A DNA stretch of 51,108 nt from Candidatus Microgenomatus sp. (GCA_020724725.1 DYGL01000003.1:1-51108), one strand, 5' to 3'. Positions 19,699 through 30,782 are shown, counted from the stretch's first letter. Numbers and translations: made by a program. The notes: generated from the letters alone by a model not told the origin.

Positions 19699-20343
19699 TT
19701 AAGAAGTTTTTTTACGCCAAGCTTCAATTTTGGCATGATCTCCTGAAAGCAAAACCTCTGGCACTTCCCAGCCTTTATAGCTAGCTGGCTTGGTGTACTG
19801 AGGATGAGCAAATTTACCAGGCTGGCTATGAGACTCATCTTGGTTGCTCAATTCATTGCCCAGAACTTCAGGGATCAAACGGGTCACTGCATCAGTCATG
19901 ACCAAAGAAGCAACTTCCCCTCCAGTTAAAACATAATCGCCAATGCGAATTTCTTCATCAATCAAATATAGAGCTACACGCTCGTCAACTCCCTCATAAT
20001 GACCGCAAATAATGGTCAGTTCTTTTAGTTTAGCTTGTTTTTTGGCTACCTCTTGGGTAAAAAGCTGACCTTTGGCAGAGGTCAAAATAATTTTTTTCCC
20101 CTCCTGTCCTTTGCTCAAACCCAAAGATTGAAGAGCCTTATCAATCGGCTCAACCATCATTACCATTCCTGGTCCGCCACCATAAGGTCGAAGGTCAGTG
20201 GTTTGATGTTTATCGCTAGCAAAATCACGTAAATTAAGAATACTAATCTCTAATAATTTTTTAGCTAGAGCCCTTTTGATAATTGAAGTTTGCAAAGGAG
20301 TCTTAAAAAAATCTGGAAAAATAGTCAGAATATTTATTTTCAT
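19699..20343 (-). CDS. trmD: tRNA (guanine-37-N1)-methyltransferase
   Basis: RPYGGGPGMVM, ICGHYEGVDER, IGDYVLTGGE, VLLSGDHAKI motifs. Confidence 0.97.
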   Translation of the reverse strand: MKINILTIFPDFFKTPLQTSIIKRALAKKLLEISILNLRDFASDKHQTTDLRPYGGGPGMVMMVEPIDKALQSLGLSKGQEGKKIILTSAKGQLFTQEVAKKQAKLKELTIICGHYEGVDERVALYLIDEEIRIGDYVLTGGEVASLVMTDAVTRLIPEVLGNELSNQDESHSQPGKFAHPQYTKPASYKGWEVPEVLLSGDHAKIEAWRKKTS

Positions 20344-20397
20344 ATTTTATGATAGGCTATTGTCTATTATACTAGAGCGGTAAACAGAAAGTTGCTT

Positions 20398-21678
20398 ATG
20401 AAAGTTGCAGTAATTGGAACTGGTTTTGTAGGGGTCGTTTCAGCGGCCGTTTATGCCTCATTTGGCCATCAGGTTGTAGGTCTAGATATTGACGAAAACA
20501 AAATTAACCTCTTGAAACAAGGGAAGGTGCCTTTTTATGAGCCAGGCTTGCAAGAGCTTTTGCTTCAACAACAGCAAACCACCCAACTTAATTTCACTAC
20601 TTCCTACGAAGAAGCTATTAAAGAAGCAGAAATTATCATTATCGCTGTCGGCACACCTTCAGCAGCAGATGAGACAGCAGATTTGCGCTATATTTTCGCC
20701 AGTGCCAGATCTTTGGCTCCATATCTCAAAGAAAACGCCATTGTAGTGATTAAATCCACCGTTCCTCCAGGCACTTTAGAAAAAACTAGTGAAATTATCA
20801 AAGAAATTACTCAAACTAAGTTTTACGGCGCTTCTTTACCAGAATTTTTACGCGAAGGCTCAGCAGTTTATGACACTCTAAATCCAGATAGATTGGTGAT
20901 TGGTGCTGATGAAGACTATGTTTTCTCTCAATTAGAAAAATTACATGAAAAACTGCAAGTGCCAGTTGTGCGTTGCAAAGTTGCTTCTGCCCAAATGGCC
21001 AAGTATACCGCTAATTCTTATTTAGCCACCCGCATTACTTTCATTAATGAAATTGCCAATTTGTGCGAAAAAAATGGTGCTGACATCAACGAAGTTATTG
21101 AAGCGATTGGTTACGATAAAAGAATTGGTCAGCATTATTGGTATCCAGGTCTTGGTTATGGCGGTTCTTGTTTCCCCAAGGATGTTAAAGAATTGGCCGC
21201 CTATTCACGTAGTGTGGGTGAAGATGGCAATCTTCTTAACAAAATTAACGAAATCAATAAGGATCGTATTTTCAGGCTTCTCAATAATTTCTCAAGAGAA
21301 GTGGGTGGTTTTGAAAATAAAACCGTTGCTTTGCTTGGCTTATCTTTTAAACCAAACACTGATGATATGCGCGAAGCTCCCTCAACCAAAATCATTCCTT
21401 TTTTAAGCAATCATGGTGCCATGGTCAAGGGCTATGATCCAATGGCTAAATATTTCAATAATTCAAATGATCACCACCAACAAGTCGATTCTATCGAAGA
21501 AGCTTGTCAGGATGCCGATATCATTATGGCTGTAGTTGAGTGGCCAGAAATTACTGGTTTTGATTTTTCTAAAGTCAAAAATGACAAAAAGCAATTCTTT
21601 ATCGATGCTCGCAATCAATTCTCTGCTGATTTGGTCAAAAAATGGGGCTTTGAATATCTAGGTATTGGTAAAAGATAA
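20398..21678 (+). CDS. ugd: UDP-glucose 6-dehydrogenase family
   Basis: GTGFVG, AVGTP, KSTVPPG, PEFLREG, GYGGSCFPKD (catalytic Cys), FKPNTDDMRE motifs. Confidence 0.93.
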   Translation: MKVAVIGTGFVGVVSAAVYASFGHQVVGLDIDENKINLLKQGKVPFYEPGLQELLLQQQQTTQLNFTTSYEEAIKEAEIIIIAVGTPSAADETADLRYIFASARSLAPYLKENAIVVIKSTVPPGTLEKTSEIIKEITQTKFYGASLPEFLREGSAVYDTLNPDRLVIGADEDYVFSQLEKLHEKLQVPVVRCKVASAQMAKYTANSYLATRITFINEIANLCEKNGADINEVIEAIGYDKRIGQHYWYPGLGYGGSCFPKDVKELAAYSRSVGEDGNLLNKINEINKDRIFRLLNNFSREVGGFENKTVALLGLSFKPNTDDMREAPSTKIIPFLSNHGAMVKGYDPMAKYFNNSNDHHQQVDSIEEACQDADIIMAVVEWPEITGFDFSKVKNDKKQFFIDARNQFSADLVKKWGFEYLGIGKR

Positions 21679-21681
21679 ATT

Positions 21682-23594
<1,913 letters not shown>

Positions 23595-23596
23595 AA

Positions 23597-24769
23597 ATGA
23601 AGAAAGCTATTGTCATCATCCCTACTTATAATGAAAAAGACAATATTGTCCAGACTGTAGAAGCTCTATCCAAAGTCATTAAAAATCAAAAAAATTGGAA
23701 AGTAGAAGTATTGGTGGTTGATGACAGCTCTCCAGACGGCACTACACAAGTAGTGCAAAATTTGCAAAAGAGATTTAACTTTATCCATCTTTTGGTTAAT
23801 CAAAAAAAATCTGGTCTAGGTGGCGCCTATTTAAGTGGCATGAATCAAGCTTTTAATAAATTAGGAGCTGACTTAATTTTTGAATTTGATGCTGACCTGT
23901 CTCACGATCCGCAAAAAATCCCTCAATTTTTGACTAAAATCGATCAAGGTTATGATTTTGTCTTGGGTTCAAGATACATTGAAGGCGGGTCCATTCCCAA
24001 AAACTGGGGTACTCATCGTAAATTCCTAAGTGTCTTTGGCAATCTTTTCATTAATTTTTTAATGTTAGATTTTTCAATTAGAGACTGGACAACTGGCTTT
24101 AGAGCTATCAAAAAAGAAGTTTATGAAGCTATAGAAAAGGAACTTCATGGTGAAAGATTCTCTGGATATACTTTCCAGATTGGTTTTTTGCACAAAGCCT
24201 TGCGCAAAAATTTCAAAATCGCCGAAGTGCCTTTTCATTTTAAAGATCGCGTATTAGGTAATAGTAAAATTGGGCCAGAGTACATCAAAAACACTCTGTT
24301 ATATCTTATGAGAGTGAGAATTAAAGAAATTTTAGCAATGAGAGTGGTGAGATTTGCCATGGTAGGAGCTTTTGGCGCCTTGGTTCAATTGATTGCTTTG
24401 CAACTCTGGAGAATGGTTTTTACTACTGAAAAAACTTTTGTCATTGCCAATTTTCTCTCCATTGAAACGGCTATCGTCTCCAATTTTATCTGGAGCAACC
24501 TCTGGACTTTTAAAGATCGTAAGCTAACTCCAGCTCAAATTCCTCTAAGCTTTATTACTTTTAATCTATCTTCGGCTGGCTCGATTTTGATTCAAAGTGT
24601 GAATGCTTACATTACGGCTCACACAGTTGGTTTAGTACCAGTTTTCACCGTTCCAGTCATCAACTACATTGTTGATACAGGAGTCATTTCCGCTGTTGTT
24701 GGCATATTGCTAGGCATGTTTTGGAACTTTTTTGCCTACAATACTTTTATCTGGAAGAAAAAGAAGTAA
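23597..24769 (+). CDS. Polyprenol-phosphate mannose synthase-like GT2 fused to a C-terminal GtrA-like domain
   Basis: IIPTYNE, VDDSSPDGT, EFDADLSHDP; C-terminal 4 TM with RFAMVG, SNFIWSNLWTF, WNFFAYNTFIW. Confidence 0.88.
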   Translation: MKKAIVIIPTYNEKDNIVQTVEALSKVIKNQKNWKVEVLVVDDSSPDGTTQVVQNLQKRFNFIHLLVNQKKSGLGGAYLSGMNQAFNKLGADLIFEFDADLSHDPQKIPQFLTKIDQGYDFVLGSRYIEGGSIPKNWGTHRKFLSVFGNLFINFLMLDFSIRDWTTGFRAIKKEVYEAIEKELHGERFSGYTFQIGFLHKALRKNFKIAEVPFHFKDRVLGNSKIGPEYIKNTLLYLMRVRIKEILAMRVVRFAMVGAFGALVQLIALQLWRMVFTTEKTFVIANFLSIETAIVSNFIWSNLWTFKDRKLTPAQIPLSFITFNLSSAGSILIQSVNAYITAHTVGLVPVFTVPVINYIVDTGVISAVVGILLGMFWNFFAYNTFIWKKKK

Positions 24770-24782
24770 ATTAACGCTACAA

Positions 24783-26273
24783 ATGAAAAATCTTTTTTTG
24801 GGTCTAATTCTACTTAGTGCTATTTTTTTACGTTTTTACAATCTTGAAAACTCACTAATGTTTCAAGGAGATCAGGGCAGAGATGCTATGGTGGTTAGCT
24901 CCATTTTCAAAGATTTGGATCCTGTTTTTATTGGTCCAGTGACTAGTATTGGCAACATGTATTTGGGTCCATTTTATTATTATTTTATGTTGCCCTTTTT
25001 ATTTTTATCTTATCCAAGCCCAATGGGCCCTGTTTATGGGGTGGCAGCAGTCTCAGTTCTGACAGTTTTCTTATTTTTCAAAATTGTTGAAAAAATCTTT
25101 AAATCCAAGACTGCTTACCTTGCCACAATTTTTTTCACTTTCTCAGCTGGAGTAGTCAATTTGGCTCGCTTTAGTTGGAACCCTAATTTAGCTCCATTTT
25201 TCTCTCTGCTAATGTTTTATTTTACTTATTTGGCTTGGCAGAAAAACTCTAAATACTGGATTTTAACAGCACTTTGTTTTGGTATTTTGATTCAATTGCA
25301 TTATGTTACTTTATTGGCTTTGTCTGGAGCTGGCCTAGTCTTGCTTATACAAATATTTGAAAAAGATAAAAATAAACAAAAACTGCTTAAGCATGTTTTA
25401 TTGGCTATTAGCGTCTTCATCCTAACTCTTGCTCCACTCATGCTTTTTGACTACAAACATGATTTTCTCAATGCCAAATCCTTTGCCAATATTTTCACCA
25501 AAGAAGAAAGTTTTAATTTAGAGAAAAAAGCAAGTAGACAAAAAACTTCAGTTGTCTATAAATTCTTTACTTTAGACCTCAAAGACAAGGCCTCCAAAAT
25601 AATTTTTGAACCAAGTTTTGGAGTGAATAAGTTTAATCATCCATTTTTGTTTTTTGCTTTGCTGATCAGCTTGATTTATCTTGTTAGAAAAAAATTCAAA
25701 CTTGAAAAAGGAGAAATCGTTCTATTAGCTTTTCTTTTGCCAGGAATTGTTGGAGTAAGTTTGTATCAACATCAAGTTTATGAACATTACATCGCTTATC
25801 TTTTTCCTTTTGTTTATATTTTTTATGGTTTATTTTTTGCTAAATTCAAAAATAAATGGCTGATGCTGGCTATGCTGTTGCCATTTCTAACTTTTTACAT
25901 ATTCAATAACTGGTCAAGATATAATTTAAAAGATAATGGCTGGAAATTAAGTGATCTTGAAAAAACGAGTCAAGCAATTTATCAAAGAGTTCTCCCTGGT
26001 GAAAAATACAATATCGTTCTGCTTTCAGAATCTAAGGATTTATATGGCATGAATTATCGTTATTTCCTAAGCACTAAGGAAAACGAACCGGTTAAAATTG
26101 AAGATCATCACTTGGCTCAAAAGCTTTTCATCATTAATGAAGAAAAAGTTGAAAAAAATGTATTAGATTCTCTCATTTATGAAATAGTAGTTTTCCCAAG
26201 TAAAAATGTCACTGAAGTTTTTCAAATAGAAAATGGTCCAGAAATTACTGTCTTATCTAGCTATAATAAATAA
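24783..26273 (+). CDS. ArnT/PMT-like GT-C glycosyltransferase
   Basis: LRFYNL..FQGDQGRD, YLGPFYYY, ARFSWNPN motifs; many TM. ATG 24783 preferred over TTG 24732. Confidence 0.78.
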   Translation: MKNLFLGLILLSAIFLRFYNLENSLMFQGDQGRDAMVVSSIFKDLDPVFIGPVTSIGNMYLGPFYYYFMLPFLFLSYPSPMGPVYGVAAVSVLTVFLFFKIVEKIFKSKTAYLATIFFTFSAGVVNLARFSWNPNLAPFFSLLMFYFTYLAWQKNSKYWILTALCFGILIQLHYVTLLALSGAGLVLLIQIFEKDKNKQKLLKHVLLAISVFILTLAPLMLFDYKHDFLNAKSFANIFTKEESFNLEKKASRQKTSVVYKFFTLDLKDKASKIIFEPSFGVNKFNHPFLFFALLISLIYLVRKKFKLEKGEIVLLAFLLPGIVGVSLYQHQVYEHYIAYLFPFVYIFYGLFFAKFKNKWLMLAMLLPFLTFYIFNNWSRYNLKDNGWKLSDLEKTSQAIYQRVLPGEKYNIVLLSESKDLYGMNYRYFLSTKENEPVKIEDHHLAQKLFIINEEKVEKNVLDSLIYEIVVFPSKNVTEVFQIENGPEITVLSSYNK

Positions 26274-26278
26274 AAATT

Positions 26279-27037
26279 ATGACTAAACCTTATTTATCAG
26301 TCATTCTACCTTCTTACAACGAAAGTAAAAACATTGCTCGTGGTGTTTTGGAGGAAGTCTATCAATTCTTGAAAGATTATGAAAAAACATGGGAGTTAAT
26401 TTTGTCTGACGACGGCAGTAGCGATGGTACAGCTGATAAATTGCAGGAATTTAGTCAAAAAGATTCAAGAATCAAAGTGATTCTCAATCAACACAGAGGC
26501 AAAGGTCCAACTGTTAAAGCTGGCATGCTTAAAGCCAATGGTTCTTGGAGACTATTTACTGATTTTGACCAATCGACTCCACTTAGAGAAATTCGTAAAT
26601 TGCTTAAATATACTGGAGAATATGAGGTTATTTTTGGTTCTAGAGAAATAGTTGGTGCCAAAAGGGAAAAAGAGCCTTTTTACAGGCATTTGATGGGCAG
26701 AGGCTTCAACTTTGTAGTACAACTTTTAGCTGTGCCAGGCACTCAAGACAGTCAGTGTGGTTTTAAGCTTTTTTCTGAAAGAGCAGCTCTTAAACTTTTC
26801 CAGAGTCTTTATGTTTATTCTGGTGAAAACGAGAGACAGGATGCTTTTACTGGAGCATTTGACGTAGAACTGCTTTACTTGGCCAAAAAATACGATTTTG
26901 CCCTCAAAGAAGTGCCTATTCTCTGGAAACATTTTCAAACTGATCGCGTCAATCCCCTCAAGGACTCCTTTTTAATGTTTGCTGACATTTTAAGAATCAA
27001 AGCCGCTGATTTAAGTAATAAATATCCAAAAAAATGA
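26279..27037 (+). CDS. Dolichyl-phosphate beta-glucosyltransferase-like GT2 (Alg5-like polyprenol-P sugar synthase)
   Basis: ILPSYNE, SDDGSSD, RGKG, FTDFDQSTP, DSQCGFKLF, FDVELL motifs. Confidence 0.85.
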   Translation: MTKPYLSVILPSYNESKNIARGVLEEVYQFLKDYEKTWELILSDDGSSDGTADKLQEFSQKDSRIKVILNQHRGKGPTVKAGMLKANGSWRLFTDFDQSTPLREIRKLLKYTGEYEVIFGSREIVGAKREKEPFYRHLMGRGFNFVVQLLAVPGTQDSQCGFKLFSERAALKLFQSLYVYSGENERQDAFTGAFDVELLYLAKKYDFALKEVPILWKHFQTDRVNPLKDSFLMFADILRIKAADLSNKYPKK

Positions 27038-28224
27038 AAAGTTACTTGCTTAAAAGTTACTTTATTTTATATTTAGTTTTTGCCATCTTCTCTTTTGTTT
27101 TGACTGATCCCAATTTAATTCTTTTAAAAGCAGATTGGTTTCTTAACTTTCAAACTTTTCTATGGCGCAATATTTTGCCACTGCAAAACTTGCGTACTGT
27201 TTTCTTTTTCGTTTTGCTAATTTTAATTTTTCTTAATTATTTACTAATTTTAAAAAATTGGTCAAAACTAAACTTAGACTCTCGTCAAAATTTTTGGCGT
27301 TTTTTAATTTTGATTAGTTTGCCTTTAGTTATTTCTTACAACGCTCTTTCTCATGATCTTTTTAATTATATTTTTAACGCCAAAATGGTTGTTGAATTTG
27401 GCGCCAATCCTCACCTTAAAACAGCTCTAGATTTTCCAGACGAACCAATGCTGCGTTTTATGAATAATGTTCACACCGTAGCGCCTTATGGCTATGGTTG
27501 GACAGCCTTATCTCTATTGCCCTATCTAGCTGGTTTTGGAAAGTTTTTGAGTACTTTTGCAGTTTTTAAAATATTTTCTTTCTTATCCTTAGTGCTTAGC
27601 CTACTCATTCTTGAGAAATTCTTTAAAAAAGTAAATTATCGCCAATTAGCTTTGTTTTTTTTAAATCCCTTATTACTCATTGAGGTTCTAAGTAGCGCCC
27701 ACAACGATCTGTGGATGCTAGCACCTGCTTTATTGGCAATTTACTTGACTTTGGATCTTCGCAAATCAACTTTACTAAAAACAATATTAATTATTATTTT
27801 AATGGCAATCTCCATTTCTATTAAATTCGCCACTTTAGCACTTTTGCCTTTTTTGTTTTATTTTATTTTCAAAGAAAAATTTAAGAAATTGTCTAATTTG
27901 CCTATTTTTGATTTGATGAGCATCACCATGTTTTTGCCTTTACTCACTGAGCGCTCCAAACACTTTCTACCTTGGTATTTACTCTGGTCACTAATTTTTG
28001 TTCCTTTGGTTAAAAACAAATTGTGGCGCAATTTACTACTAGTTTTTTCCTTATCAGCCCTTTTGCGCTATTTGCCTTGGCTCTATTATCTACCATGGAT
28101 GAGCTTTCATTTGGACACCAGTCAAACTTTACTCTGGCAAAAAGGCATTACTTGGCTGATTCCAGCTTTCTACCTCTTGCTTAGCAGCTTGCTTTTCATA
28201 TTTAATAGAAAGCGTGAAAAATAA
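27034..28224 (+). CDS. GT-C glycosyltransferase resembling actinobacterial MptA/MptB alpha-1,6-mannosyltransferases
   Basis: LSHDLFNY, APYGYGW, LNPLLLIE...AHND, SIKF, FLPWYLLW motifs. Confidence 0.7.
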   Translation: MKSYLLKSYFILYLVFAIFSFVLTDPNLILLKADWFLNFQTFLWRNILPLQNLRTVFFFVLLILIFLNYLLILKNWSKLNLDSRQNFWRFLILISLPLVISYNALSHDLFNYIFNAKMVVEFGANPHLKTALDFPDEPMLRFMNNVHTVAPYGYGWTALSLLPYLAGFGKFLSTFAVFKIFSFLSLVLSLLILEKFFKKVNYRQLALFFLNPLLLIEVLSSAHNDLWMLAPALLAIYLTLDLRKSTLLKTILIIILMAISISIKFATLALLPFLFYFIFKEKFKKLSNLPIFDLMSITMFLPLLTERSKHFLPWYLLWSLIFVPLVKNKLWRNLLLVFSLSALLRYLPWLYYLPWMSFHLDTSQTLLWQKGITWLIPAFYLLLSSLLFIFNRKREK

Positions 28225-29680
28225 AGGTTTGATTTTGTTTTTAATGCTTTTAGTGCTTTACTTTGTTCTTCATTTGTTTAAGCTGAACTCTTTGCCAGTT
28301 TTTGCTGATGAATCAATCTATATTCGTTGGTCACAACTGATTATTGATGACTTTGCTCGTTATCTCTTCTATCCAATGAATGATGGTAAGACGCCCTTGT
28401 TGATGTGGCTGACAGTGCCGTTTCTAAAGATTTTTAATGATCAACTTTATGCTGCTAGATTAGTTTCCGTTTTAATTGGTTCTTTAAGTGTTTTGAGTAT
28501 TTTTCTGATTCTAAGACAACTAAAATTTAAAAAAGCGGCTTACTTCGGCATGTTTTTGGTCATTATTAGCCCATTTACCTTTTTTTATCATCGTCTCGCT
28601 TTAACTGATGCTCTTTTGCTACTTAATCTTAGTTTGACTTATTTTTTTGTTTTAAAAATTAATCAAAAAAAACAGTTTTGGCCAATCTTAGGTGCAGCTC
28701 TATTTTTTTTCTTGGCTATTCTAAGTAAGACTCCTGCTTTGCTTTTTATGCCAATTTTTTATCTAAGTATCTTTTTTGAAGATAAAATCAGTCTTAAATT
28801 GCTGTGGCAAAAAGGGCTTAGGATTAGTTTGGCTTTATTGCTAGCTGGTTTAGCTTTTTACAGTCTGAGGGTAATACCACTTTTTACCCAACTTTTTGCG
28901 GTCGGAGGTAACTTCCTACAAGATCGATCCACTCTTCTTTCTGCTGAAATTTGGCAAGTGATTCTTAGAAATAGCTCTTTTTTCTCAGCTCAACTTTTGC
29001 AATACTTGGGCCCAGTAGTTTTAATTTTGGCCTTACCACTCTTCAAACAAAGTCGAAAACAGCAAACAGTTCTATTTTTATCAGCTTTAGTATTTCTAGC
29101 CCCCTTGATCTTGCTTGGTAAAATCGTCTATCCTCGCTACATTTTGCCCAGCAGCTTGTTTTTTCTAAGTTCAGCAGCTATTTCTCTACAAAACCTTGGC
29201 AAACACAAGCTATTACAAGCTCTAGTGGTATTTTTAATTATTTTGCCAAGCTCAAATTTCCTCTACAAAGCTTACTTCAATGTAGACCAGTTGTCGCTTA
29301 GTAAGGCTGATCGCGAACAATTCTTGGAAGAATGGTCTTCTGGCCATGGCATTAAAGAAGCGGTTGATTTGATCAAAGAATTAGCCAAAGAACAAAAAGT
29401 AGCCGTCGCCACTGAAGGCTATTTCGGCACCTTACCTGACGGCATCTTACTCAACTTACATAATCAAAATGTCGAAAACATTTACGTCGAAGGCATTGGT
29501 CAACCTGTGAGAAACATTCCTGAAAGCTTTTGGCTTAAAGCCCGCGAATTTGATCGTCAATTACTCATAGTCAATTCTCATCGCCTGCAACTGAAATTGC
29601 CCCAATCACAGCTTCTAGCAAGCTTCTGTCGCCCCAACCAAGCACCTTGCTTGGAAGTGTGGGAGATAAAAGAGGATTAA
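28214..29680 (+). CDS. ArnT/PMT-like GT-C glycosyltransferase
   Basis: PVFADESIY, DGKTPL, ARLVSV, SPF..FYHRLALTD, YPRY motifs; GTG start. Confidence 0.8.
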   Translation: MKNKGLILFLMLLVLYFVLHLFKLNSLPVFADESIYIRWSQLIIDDFARYLFYPMNDGKTPLLMWLTVPFLKIFNDQLYAARLVSVLIGSLSVLSIFLILRQLKFKKAAYFGMFLVIISPFTFFYHRLALTDALLLLNLSLTYFFVLKINQKKQFWPILGAALFFFLAILSKTPALLFMPIFYLSIFFEDKISLKLLWQKGLRISLALLLAGLAFYSLRVIPLFTQLFAVGGNFLQDRSTLLSAEIWQVILRNSSFFSAQLLQYLGPVVLILALPLFKQSRKQQTVLFLSALVFLAPLILLGKIVYPRYILPSSLFFLSSAAISLQNLGKHKLLQALVVFLIILPSSNFLYKAYFNVDQLSLSKADREQFLEEWSSGHGIKEAVDLIKELAKEQKVAVATEGYFGTLPDGILLNLHNQNVENIYVEGIGQPVRNIPESFWLKAREFDRQLLIVNSHRLQLKLPQSQLLASFCRPNQAPCLEVWEIKED

Positions 29681-29718
29681 AAATATTTTTTTGTTATATA
29701 ATTGCAAAGTATTTAAAA

Positions 29719-29789
29719 TCCCGGGTAGTGAAATGGCATCACCACTGACTCTGAATCAGTTATTCTAGGTTCGAATCCTGGCCCGGGAT
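29719..29789 (+). tRNA. tRNA-Gln (anticodon CUG), CCA not encoded
   Basis: Acceptor stem TCCCGGG/CCCGGGA, D arm GTGA/TCAC, anticodon arm ACTGA-CTCTGAA-TCAGT, T arm CTAGG-TTCGAAT-CCTGG; TATAAT upstream at 29697-29702. Confidence 0.96.
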
Positions 29790-29794
29790 CATTT

Positions 29795-30517
29795 TCAAAC
29801 AGGAGTTGCAGATATTTGCATTTTACCGGCACTAAAAATAGTTGTTTCGAAAGCTCTTTGCACTTTTAAGACCGCATTTTTTCTTAAACTTTCAAATGAA
29901 TCCAATAAGCTATTTTTATTTTTATCTAGCTCTGCAATTTTACTTTTAAATTTTATTTCTATTCCTTGCATGGTGCTTCCCAATAAACCAATTCCTTCTG
30001 CTTCAGCTTTGGACTCATTTAGAGCTGCTTCGTGAGCTAGACGCTCTTCTTCAATTTTGTTAAGTTGTTCAGCCAAAAAAAGCTGCACATAATACAAAAC
30101 TCTATAGTTTATTTGTTCCCAAAATTCTGTGAGCTCCACGGCTTCTTGTTTAAGCTCCATTTTGGCTAATAATTCCATTTTTTCTAACTCCACAAAAACT
30201 GGCATAGCCAAAAGAGATAGAGGCAGACCAAACATTCTTCTAAGTTCGGTTGCAGTGTTTTCTTCCACCACTTTTTCTTGAATAGAAGCAATCTTTTGGT
30301 CTAAACCATCAATCAACCAAGAACCGGCCTGAGTGATAATTTGCTGCCATTGAAAAGCTTCTAAACCAAATTCTTCCTTCAACTCAAAACCGAGGCTATC
30401 TAGTGCTGATTGGAGATCAATTTTATTTAAAGCAGTCCAGTCTTGATTCATCCCAACTGGATCAACTCCAATACTTGAAGCCATTTCCAAAGCATTGCGA
30501 CTTTGTTTTTCCGGCAT
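29795..30517 (-). CDS. Hypothetical all-alpha/coiled-coil protein (240 aa) downstream of the riboswitch
   Basis: Long ORF with a strong SD (AGAAAGGA at 30530-30523); Glu/Leu/Ala-rich; no motif recognised. Confidence 0.8.
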   Translation of the reverse strand: MPEKQSRNALEMASSIGVDPVGMNQDWTALNKIDLQSALDSLGFELKEEFGLEAFQWQQIITQAGSWLIDGLDQKIASIQEKVVEENTATELRRMFGLPLSLLAMPVFVELEKMELLAKMELKQEAVELTEFWEQINYRVLYYVQLFLAEQLNKIEEERLAHEAALNESKAEAEGIGLLGSTMQGIEIKFKSKIAELDKNKNSLLDSFESLRKNAVLKVQRAFETTIFSAGKMQISATPV

Positions 30518-30581
30518 TTTAATCCTTTCTTGACTCTAAAAAAGAGTCCTTAAATTATTAATTGCCGTGGCTTCTTGGTAC

Positions 30582-30605
30582 AAAAAAGCTCCCTTCGTAG
30601 GGAGC
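30582..30605 (-). terminator. Intrinsic terminator (riboswitch expression platform)
   Basis: Minus strand reads GCTCCCT-ACGA-AGGGAGC-TTTTTT. Confidence 0.9.
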
Positions 30606-30634
30606 ATCGTTTAAAATTGCGTCAAAAAAATTAA

Positions 30635-30740
30635 CTCGATGCTCGTCAAGAATGTCTCTTTTGCTGAAGATCGGACTAAATCCAAAAAGGAAATCACCGT
30701 TGCGGCACAGTCGCAGATTTTCACTGCGTTCCACAGCAAA
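30635..30740 (-). ncRNA. Cobalamin riboswitch, compact class-II/variant-like aptamer plus P13 hairpin
   Basis: Minus strand: TTTGCTG-TGGAA-CGCAG-TGAAAAT-CTGCG-ACTGTGCCGCAACGGTGAT...AGTCCGA-TCTT-CAGCAAA, then hairpin CTTGA-CGAGCA-TCGAG. Matches the GGAA / P4 T-loop / RCUG..CCGCAACnGU / AGYCMG pattern of B12 elements. Confidence 0.8.
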
Positions 30741-30760
30741 TAACAAGTTAACAGAAAAAA

Positions 30761-30766
30761 ATTATA
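30761..30766 (-). promoter_or_regulatory. -10 box for the riboswitch leader
   Basis: TATAAT on the minus strand about 20 nt upstream of the aptamer; no clear -35. Confidence 0.45.
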
Positions 30767-30782
30767 GAATCAATCATTAAAA

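Noticed and set aside
30558-30746. 62-aa minus-strand ORF from the track
   Set aside because: TTG start, no SD, and it coincides with the riboswitch aptamer and terminator; RNA structure explains the sequence better.
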